A stretch of DNA of 64,000 bases. Origin: Eledone cirrhosa (Eukaryota). Positions within the stretch are counted from its first letter, which is position 1; the number at the start of each line of letters is the position of its first letter. A program made the position numbers and the translations under genes. Location: assembly GCA_964016885.1 (NCBI GenBank), contig OZ024740.1, positions 177,134,001-177,198,000 of the forward strand, read 5' to 3'. Positions 54,276 to 64,000 of the stretch are shown piece after piece. The notes under the pieces are model-generated. The model did not search any database. It saw only the letters and a list, made by a program, of their open reading frames with translations, and was not told the origin of the DNA.

Positions 54276-54570
54276 AGTTCAAATCCCGCCGAGGTTAACT
54301 TTGCCTTTCATCCTTATGGGGTCGATAAAATAAAGTACCAGTAATACACTGGATAATTGATGGCCTTGTGCCTATATAAGAAACAATTATTTTGACATAA
54401 AGTATCAGTAAACACTATGCTTTGCAGCATAGAGTTACAGCCCTTTACGTTCTGAGTTCAAATCCCACCGCGGTTAGCTTTGCCGTTCATGCGGACGGGG
54501 TCGATAAAATAAAGTATCAGTAATGCACTGTGGTAATTGGTGGCCCGGTGCCAAAAGTAAGAACAATTAT
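54276..54570 (+). mobile_element. Two tandem truncated SINEs
   Basis: attattttgacataa at ~54262, ~54385 and ~54566. Confidence 0.85.
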
Positions 54571-55211
54571 TTTGACATAAGATGAGCGCAGAGTTGAGAA
54601 GCTACAAAATATGGTCAAGTAGGGACTTTTAATTGATATAGAGATTGTTATAAAACACAAAGACCACAATGATAACATAGATCTGTATGCCATTGAAGAA
54701 GTGAAGAGAAGGTTAATTCAATGACATCTAACTGTAGAGGACACAAGACTATATTCTCGAGGACATTCTTCCCCCAAAAAGAAGGGGAAGAAATAAGAAA
54801 GTGGTACAACGCAGTAAACGCAGCAGGGACAACATCAGTGTCAACAATGGATGACTTTGCCTCCGTTTCAAGAGAACCGTAAGCCCTCGCTCAAAGAATG
54901 ACCATATATATATACGTATATATATATATAAACTTACAGTAAATATTGATGCAATTCAATTCAAGCATTCTACGTACTTTTCCCACCAAAAACATCATCT
55001 TTGTCAGTTCAATTGTCGTTTTAGTTTGGATTGCCTCGAAAATGTAACCTTACTGTGTAATGAAGCTGTTTGATGAAATCGTGGCACATGTTACGCAGAA
55101 TCGCGTGGCCACTGTCGTCATTGAAATATGTATCACAACCTTACCAATAAAGGACTTTAACAACTGCAACTACGTCGCTGTTTCTTATTCTATATACACA
55201 CATATATGGTA

Positions 55212-55245
<34 letters not shown>

Positions 55246-55251
55246 AGTGAC

Positions 55252-55412
55252 ATACACTATGCTTTGCAGCATAGAGCTGCGGCCCTTTACGTTCTGAGTT
55301 CAAATCCCGTCGAGGTTAGCTTTGCCTTTCATCCTTACGGGGTCGATAAAATAAAGGACCAGTAATGCACTGGGGTAATTGCTGGCCTTGTGCCAAAAAT
55401 AGAAATATTATT
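55252..55412 (+). mobile_element. SINE
   Basis: B box, core, ATT tail. Confidence 0.85.
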
Positions 55413-55462
55413 ACTATCATAATTGGTATCCATCGGTGTCTCCAAAGAGTATAGACCCCCTC

Positions 55463-55549
<87 letters not shown>

Positions 55550-56180
55550 ATATGTGTGTGTGTATTTACATACCCACAAGTTTCGTAACCCCATTTGTAT
55601 GACAGGATTTGTCTTGGACGCATGGGCCCTTTTAGCCAATAAATAAAGGATTGTTATTATTATTAATACTATTATTTAAAATATTCATTACTATTATTTT
55701 CCCATGGCAGACACAAACGAAATGTTATTTTCAAAAAGATGCAGGTATCCTTCGTGGGATTTTTACCGTATTAATTATGATTATAAAGACGCGCAATTTC
55801 ACACAAAAGCACCCACCCACATACAAACAGACACGCACATACACAGGCACACACAGGCATAAACACATACACACACAGATGAATGCACTCATTAATTTCA
55901 TGCTCACGAACTTATAAAATAGTCGAAAATATATACATGACTAGCCATAACCAGCCATATATGAAAAGTTTTTGTTTTGTACATATGAGTTGAATGACGG
56001 CACGTCAGTGTGGATGTCTATGCAAATACGTATGAGTGTATATGTAAGAGTTTATATGTATGCAAATATATATGTGTACATGTATGGGCAGATATGGAAT
56101 TTAATCATAATGACGAATATATATATGATGACGATGTGACTGCGTATTTGAGTATATACTAATATATACTTATAAATATG

Positions 56181-56220
<40 letters not shown>

Positions 56221-56225
<5 letters not shown>

Positions 56226-56670
56226 GATATTAACAAATGGAAACTATATTTATAAAACCATATCTATTTTATTATACATATTTCAAGGATACCATGTTAA
56301 ATTATGGTATGCTTTCATCAGACAAAATACAATATATACCAGTTTTATAAATAAATATTGACATAACCTTTCAAAATGCAACCGTTAGTTTTGGAAGACA
56401 TCAGGATGTCTTCCAAAACTAACGGTTGCATTTTGAAAGGGTATGTCAATATTTATTTATAAAACTGGTATATATTGTATTTTGTCTGATGAAAGCATAC
56501 CATAATTTAACATGGTATCCTTGAAATATGTATAATAAAATAGATATGGTTTTATAAATATAGTTTCCATTTGTTAATATCGTATATTTACTCCAAATAC
56601 TTGTCGAGTGCTTTATATCAGTTTATAAAAATATTTGCTTGTTGTATCCCAACAATTTAAATAGAACTTT

Positions 56671-56673
<3 letters not shown>
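56221..56673. mobile_element. Family A hammerhead element as a near-perfect palindrome with 182-bp arms, in (TA)n
   Basis: Arms 56221-56402 and 56405-56586, 2-nt AG loop, one mismatch seen; 3' extension to 56673. Confidence 0.9.
56480..56540 (+). ncRNA. Type I hammerhead ribozyme (mirror copy 56267-56327 on minus)
   Basis: ttttgt-CTGATGA-aagcATACCATaatttaacATGGTATcctt-GAA-ATATGTAT-A-ataaaa. Confidence 0.85.
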
Positions 56674-56764
<91 letters not shown>

Positions 56765-56765
56765 C

Positions 56766-57484
56766 ATGTCAGGTCGCTCTCGAGTGCTACTGGTAATATG
56801 TAACCCAGTACAACCTGTCTCACGGTCGGGTCGTCGGCGACCAAACCGGCAACCCCATCAAGCTTGCTTGGTGAGGAGAGTGATATTTGGACACCCTGCA
56901 GGATGAAATATAAGACCCGGCAACAGGGCAGAGGAACTCAGCAGTCAACGGCCATCCAAATATTACTGTTTTTTTTTTTCACTTGCGAGTGAAAGGCCCC
57001 CAGTTGTTGTCACAACACCTTTCTAGGAGAGGGAAATTTTGAAAAAAAAACCTGCGCCATCGGAAGCATCCGATGATGTTTACCAGTTATCCTTTTTCGG
57101 TTGTGTTTTCGATGTTCAGAGGGTGGGATTGGTCGATAGCAAGGCCTTTCCCCACTTAAAAACCTTCAAAGCACAAGCATTTCTTGTTCAGGATCTGTTA
57201 CAGGTTCGTGTGGCTGGCCGTAGCCTAAAAGTTCACCATTTTCTGTAATCTGACAAGCGATTGCAATACTCTTAACAGAGTTTGCAGTCATCATACATAT
57301 TATATACGTATATGTATGTATATATGTATATATATATTACTATATATATATATATATATATATAAGTATTGAAGTTTCCGTTGAAAATTGAAAAAGTCAT
57401 AGGAGTGAAGAGTGCTCTATGTAAGTACCAGAGCTAAATTTAATGTATAATATACAATACAATATAATTACCTCATTACCAGTA

Positions 57485-57517
<33 letters not shown>

Positions 57518-57765
57518 TCCCCTTTTCGGGTAGTATTTTCGATGCTCAGAGAGTGGGATTGGTCGGGTGCAAGGCCTTTCCCCACTTAAAAAACCTTCAA
57601 AGCTGAACTAGCATTGCTTGTTCAGGATATGTTGCAGGTTTATGTGACTGACCGTAGTTTAAAAGTGCACTAAACTCTATAATCCTCCAAGCAGTACTCT
57701 TAGCAGGGTTTGCAGCTATAATCCTCCAATTGCAGTACTCTTAGCAGGGTTTGCAGCTATCATAT
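56766..57765 (+). mobile_element. Diverged relatives of the short RTE-derived element (56766-57300, partial 57515-57765)
   Basis: Shares gtgctactggtaa..cccagtacaacctgtctca and agtcaacggccatcc; 3' end also at 42279-42315. Confidence 0.7.
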
Positions 57766-57971
57766 ATATATATATGATGGATTATCACGTCGTATCACGT
57801 CGTATATCGACGTGGGTTCAGCATTCCTCTCTGTTCAATTCTTTATTATGCCTTAAATGGCTACTGATTTACACATCAAGCCGCATTTAATGCAAGCGAC
57901 AAAATTTTGAGCGGAGCAAAATAGAATATTTGATCTAATCTTGAAAAGAAATCACCAGGAAAGCTTTCCTG

Positions 57972-58556
57972 ATTATTATAGTATATAATATTATATCATA
58001 TTATATTGTATAATATTATTATATTATATAATATTATATTATATTATATTATATTATTATATTATATTTTATTCTATTCTATTCTATTATATTATATTAT
58101 ATTATATTATATTATATTATATCATATTATATTATATTATACTATATTATATTATATTATATTATATTATATTATTATATTATATTATATTATATTATAT
58201 TATATTATATTTTATTCTATTCTATTCTATTCTATTCTATTCTATTCTATTCTATTATATTATATTATATTATATTATATTATATTATATTATATTATAT
58301 TATATTATATTATATTATTATATGATATTATATTATATTATATTATATTTTATTCTATTCTATTCTATTCTATTATATTATATTATATTATATTATATTA
58401 TATTATATTATATTATATTATATTATATTATATTATTTTATTATATTATTCTATTCTATTCTATTCTATTCTATTTTATTATATTATATTATATTATATT
58501 ATATTATATTATTTAATATTATATTATATTATATTATATTATTTATGTTATATTAT
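57972..58556. repeat. (ATATT)n/(ATTCT)n pentanucleotide microsatellite
   Basis: Direct reading. Confidence 0.95.
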
Positions 58557-58676
58557 ATGCATGTAGACAACCAGTTAGGCTATTGTAACTGGTAAACCTC
58601 GAAATATCCCGTGGTATGCACCAATCATCCTGAAGCATCCCAGATTACATCTGGTGGTCCAGGAAGAGAATATGCG

Positions 58677-59207
58677 GTGAAGAATAAGTATGCAAAATGG
58701 GTTTTTACAACAATTTATACAGAAATCTTCCATTACAAATGACCTGATCCCGTGTGGATGTAGTGGCTGAGTGAGATGGGGGTGTACAGCGACTGGGCTA
58801 CATGGAGAGATGCCAGTCTTGACCACTAATGTCACGTTGATATACATGATTAAAATATCATTGTCAATGGCCGTTGCGGGAATGCCACTGATAGGTGGGT
58901 ATTTGGGTGGTGTTAGTGGGGTAACATTCCTACAATGCTATAAATAGATATTGACGTGGTCGCTAGGTTATATGGTAGCGGATATTGAGAGAGGACAAAT
59001 TGAATTTTATCATTTTACCCTATCTCTCCACCCCGCGTTGTCCAGAGAACTAGGGGTGGATTATAATAATGTTCGGAAGACTATCTGAAGAGGCCGGATC
59101 GATAATATGGAACCAACACACGGCATAGTCGTCAAACACGTGGAAACATCTGTAATATCAAATTTCCGAATAAATTGTTGTAAAAACTCATTTTACATAT
59201 TTATTCT

Positions 59208-59212
<5 letters not shown>
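58677..59212. mobile_element. Old PLE-like end with inverted arms and hammerhead remnants
   Basis: 58677-58741 resembles the reverse complement of 59147-59211; gactat-CTGAAGA-ggccg at 59079, GAAAC-atct-GTA at 59143. Confidence 0.55.
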
Positions 59213-59270
<58 letters not shown>

Positions 59271-59464
59271 ATAAAGAATTTATATCTATTAACATATATA
59301 TACATACAAATGCATATCGATGCTAGCAAATATATAGGTTTTGTCTTAATAACGTTTCTCTACACCTTCTTCGGAAGATGTATCTACTCCATTCCAGAAA
59401 CTAATTAGTTGGAAGTGATATTTTAGTAAGTAAGTTAATTTTATAATTTTCTTATCTTACGTCT

Positions 59465-59547
<83 letters not shown>

Positions 59548-59599
59548 GTATATATTAAGACAATTCACAGGAGAAGCTATTTCTAGGGATTATTATTGC

Positions 59600-60280
59600 T
59601 GTTGCATTCTGTGATGTTGTCCAACACACTGTCTCCTTCACAGCTTTTCAAAACTTTAAAGAAGAAATCCAACACGTGTTGCAACTGGGTTTCTGATACA
59701 ACCATGACGGTTACCTTATGTTATCTGGAACCCTTCCGACCATATATCATTACGTATCCCTTCCACGCTTACCAGCAGCACATATTATACCATAAATGTG
59801 ACAATGAACCATGTATCAACGGCCATGTCAATGCACTTGCATAAAAACTTCCCATATACTGCGATACTAGAGCGTTGAGTAGCTGCCTCACCTTTTGCAA
59901 TTCATTGACTTCGACCTTAAAATACCAGTTTTACAGTTCCATACGCTACCTCCAGCTCAAAGGAGAACATACCGTGTCACATATGAGCATGGTTTCTTCG
60001 ATTGTTTTAAAAGCATATTACCACACTCTCTGTTTTTGAATGCACAGAGGTATGTCATTTACACCTTATAATATTCTCGATGAATTCCTAATGAAAGCGG
60101 CACTGTCTGTGGTACACCTTTCCCCGATTTCAACTGTGGACACAACCTGTTTCCAGAGTTTCTCTCTAGGTTGTAATGCTAGGAAAGCTGAAAAATTGTT
60201 TTTGTTTAGATATTAATTTCCATTTATATTCGTTAAACTGTTTGGACCTCTATCTGCGGGTTTAATTACCAACATATTTT
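59600..60280 (-). pseudogene. Highly decayed Penelope-type reverse transcriptase
   Basis: Reverse complement gives LVIKPADRG (DKG motif, ~60260) and a frameshifted WKGYV(D)DI (~59755). Confidence 0.5.
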
Positions 60281-61018
60281 ATATTTTGTCTTTTTTAATC
60301 TGATCATTTGATCTTTTAGAACAGGTGTATCCGTTATTCCTACTTTTGTGGCCACCACCTCTTTTTGGTGCTCCAGAGGAAGACATTAAATTATGAGTAA
60401 ACAAGGTTTGTCATAAATATTAGAGAAACTGAATGTTGCCACGAAAAATAATAGCTGGACACTCGACTATACCAATACTTTTGTTTGCATAATAAACCAA
60501 AAACCATTTTTTCACGAGTTGAGAGGTCTATAAGGGCGTTCGCTCAAAGTTGAACAAACAACATCACAGAGAAAAGGGTTAAACAAATATTATCCCACCC
60601 ACCCCCAAAAATTATTCAACAACAACGATAACGACAACCAAAGGTAACTGAAACAAAGCTTTAATTTTTTTAATTGCATTGCACTCGGTATGTATGGGAT
60701 CTTAACAGCGAGTGCACGCTTATATTTCCCACATAATCACCACATAACAATGTCAGCTGTGTGTTTATTACTGAGAAATACCAACCTTCTTTTTTACATA
60801 CTCATGACACACAATACACACTGGAAGATTTCATACTGTGTTTGTATACATACATAAGTATATATATATTATATATATATATATATATATAATTTCTACA
60901 CACATTCGCAATATACATACATATATAAACATATATACATATATATATACATAAAATATATATAATTTTTTGAATAATATATATATATATAATTACTTAT
61001 TTGTTTATATACTCACAC

Positions 61019-61100
<82 letters not shown>

Positions 61101-61376
61101 CAAAAAATTACTTTTAAATAATTTTTTATGTGCTGGTAAGTAAAGACGGAATAATCAAATTGCTTTTGAATACAATAAAATATATATTACAGGAAATGAA
61201 CTTACTCACAGAAAACACATTTAATGTGATGACATAATAATACGTGTATTAATATGAGATATATTTGCAGTTAGTTTTCAACTTTTCTCAAATTCCTGCT
61301 TGCATTCCACAGTTTTTTAATTCAGCCTTCAAAGAAAATGTGTCAGTTTTTTTGTTGTTTTTTTTTTGTATATTAG

Positions 61377-61530
61377 ATTTAAATTTGTTCGTGGGTTCGT
61401 TAAAAAAGCAAATGCACCAGCCATGACCGACAATACTGCAGAGATCCAAGACTGGTTAGCTAGATTAAGGAACACATCAGGATATGTTGGATATCCTTTG
61501 ACAAGGAACACACCTGGTCCGATTGCTTGA
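61377..61530 (+). CDS. Candidate terminal coding exon of an unidentified host gene
   Basis: Long T tract plus TAG acceptor, then 50 open codons FKFVRGFVKKANAPAMTDNTAEIQDWLARLRNTSGYVGYPLTRNTPGPIA*; no repeat similarity seen. Confidence 0.4.
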
Positions 61531-61764
61531 AACGGAATAGAGTTGACTCCGCTATAAATATTCGATTAGCATTTTGTCTATTTGTCATATTTAATCAAAT
61601 ACATTTTGAATTGTGTGATATATAAATATGCATTGTCTATTTCTCTTAATTATGCTTTATTTTGGAGTGGCTACATTTCTGGCGTTAAGATTGTAAATCA
61701 AATTTCCGTTCATGCTTTGACTATTAAGATTGTTTTGCGGATTTTGAATGTTCCTGATATCGTG

Positions 61765-61811
<47 letters not shown>

Positions 61812-62263
61812 TATTTTCCGTTGTGTTGTAATATAAATATTACACACAGTAGATTATCAGCTCACGTAGAGTTTGCTCGACGGTTCCAGTTGTAGTTCCA
61901 AAAGTAATCCGGAGAAAAATAGAAAGATTTGAATGGATACAGTTTAGTTGAAAGGAATTTATTGACACGTGTTTCTATAACAGTTACATAACCTAAAACA
62001 GCTATCTACAAACTTTTAGTTATGCAGACATTCAATATTTCAATGTTATTATTTACTGTCATTTCATCAGAATAATATTACTGAGGACCTATTTAGTTTT
62101 TATAGAGAATATTAGGAGGGAGGGGTGAAGTTGTTAGAAGAATAGTTGAAGGAGTGGTTTTTTGATAGCAGTGAGAATTCTTGGTGGCAGTGAGTAATTA
62201 GATTCCCATCTGTTGTTTTTACATTTTTTATAGAATATATTATTGGTTATTTTTCTAAATCTA

Positions 62264-62425
62264 AGCTTTTCCAGGAGCCAAAATTTCTGCAAATTGTGTA
62301 ATCTTGAGATTTATTACATAATCACACACAAGAAGAAACTGCTGAATAACAGAATTGAACGAACATTATTCTGCCGTCACAGAACTAAAACCCTTTTTTC
62401 CCACTACAAGCCGAATATTACATAA
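62264..62425 (+). pseudogene. C-terminal tail of a PLE GIY-YIG endonuclease
   Basis: CKLCNLEIYYI...LLNNRIE....CRHRTK matches the C.LC..EK..I..LN.R.E....CRH pattern of invertebrate PLEs as I recall it. Confidence 0.7.
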
Positions 62426-62694
62426 AAGAGGGACATCCCCCAACTATATAAACCTTAATCAAGTTAGAAAAATATAAAAACAATCTCTTCTCAACATATA
62501 TTAATAACCTTAAATTACCACACTAATAATGGAAAGATATGCTGATGAGAATAGGTGCAAATATGCGATAATGAATGTGTCTAAACACGTCCATAAGTAT
62601 GTATATATATGCGAAAATGTATATAAATAAGTAAATATATATATATGTTGGATGTGTATAGTTAGATGTAGGTGTATTCATGTATTAAAGTGCT

Positions 62695-62758
<64 letters not shown>

Positions 62759-63313
62759 ATATGTGTATATAGATGTGTATGTATGTGTATGTGTGTACAC
62801 ATGGACTAGAGTATGTATGTATATATGTGTGTGTCTATACGTGTGTATATAAAGATAAGTTGAGTATGAAAATGTATACACATGAGCGCGTATGTATGTA
62901 CATGAATACATGTGTGTATATATATGTGTATGCATGTGTATATATATGTAAGTATGAATATGTGAATTGTGAGTATATGTATTTTGTAGAGGTGTGCAAA
63001 TATATTTGTGTGTGAATGCGTGGGTGAAAGGATACGTACACTTGAAAGAAAAATTTAAGTCTGAATGTTAATTAAGTGCAAACACAAAACCAACCACGCA
63101 TATCTTTACTATCTCTAATCCTTCTATAGATTTATAAAATAACCAATAATATATTCTATAAAAAATGTCAAAACAACAGATGGGAATCTAATTACTCACT
63201 GCCACCAAGAATTCTCACTGCTATCAAAAAACCACTCCTTCAACTATTCTTCTAACAACTTCACCCCTCCCTCCTAATATTCTCTATAAAAACTAAATAG
63301 GTCCTCAGTAATA

Positions 63314-63431
63314 TTATTCTGATGAAATGACAGTAAATAATAACATTGAAATATTGAATGTCTGCATAACTAAAAAGTTTGTAGATAGCTGTTTTAGGTT
63401 ATGTAACTGTTATAGAAACACGTGTCAATAA
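63314..63431 (+). ncRNA. Type I hammerhead with ~90-nt extended stem II (mirror 61959-62075 on minus)
   Basis: ttatt-CTGATGA-aATGACAGT...ACTGTTATa-GAA-ACACGTGT-C-aataa. Confidence 0.8.
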
Positions 63432-63465
63432 ATTCCTTTCAACTAAACTGTATCCATTCAAATCT

Positions 63466-63547
<82 letters not shown>

Positions 63548-63556
63548 GTATGTATG

Positions 63557-63700
63557 CAGTGGCGGACTGGCCAGGTTGCCAGGTTGCCCAATGGCAAGTG
63601 GCCCACAGGGGAACAACGGTAGCATTGCAGGAGCCCACAGTAACATTGCAGGGCTCACTGTAGTATTATAGGGGCCATTGCTTTGCTTTCAAAATGTAAC
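63557..63700 (+). mobile_element. Possible left end of a hAT-type DNA transposon or MITE
   Basis: Begins CAGTGGCGGAC with short subterminal repeats; partner end not found in window. Confidence 0.35.
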
Positions 63701-64000
63701 CTGTAGCCTAAAACAGAGAATAAATTTAAAAAAAATAAATAAAACAATTAAGCAAAGCATTTGGCCAACTAATTCTCTACGGAATTAATAGAAAGCATGA
63801 TATATGATAGCACAAATAGCTGGAATCAGCGGTTGTACATTCTTCTAAATCTTAGTGTATTCATTCATGCAAACATACATATATAGACACACATATACAC
63901 GGTAATCATTTTCAGTTTTTTTCTATGGGATGTAAAAAAAAACTGAAAAAGATTACATGCATCTCTTGAACAGGATTGAAACCCAGGCCAGGATCTCAAC

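Larger units (their letters stand above)
61808..63470 (+). mobile_element. 5'-truncated Penelope-like element with inverted pseudo-LTR
   Basis: 61920-62263 is the reverse complement of 63127-63470; endonuclease C-terminus between; HHR in both arms; (TA)n flanks. Confidence 0.85.

Noticed and set aside
54040-54900. Decayed RTE fragments around the SINE pair
   Set aside because: Only faint motif resemblance; boundaries cannot be supported

Overview
Eukaryotic, very AT-rich and microsatellite-rich non-coding DNA. The dominant tRNA-derived SINE and the (TA)n/(CA)n/(GA)n density suggest a cephalopod, probably Octopus; this is inference. Most ORFs in the track are microsatellite artefacts. Recognisable content: more than 20 copies of a tRNA/Meta-core SINE, decayed Tx1/L1, CR1, RTE and CRE-clade LINE fragments, short non-autonomous RTE derivatives, two internally deleted Helitrons with both termini, a possible Sola2 transposase relic, a 200-N gap and one candidate host terminal exon. 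The main signal is a dense, sequence-diverse set of about 15-18 type I minimal hammerhead ribozyme (HHR) motifs, read by eye. They sit in short, mostly non-coding elements of Penelope-like (PLE) or retrozyme type that end in (TA)n, form partial tandems and fold-back palindromes whose turning points lie in or near the ribozyme, and share an ACTC...YGAGTRC stem between the ribozyme and the (TA)n end. All coordinates were read manually and are approximate to a few bases. No folding or database searches were run.
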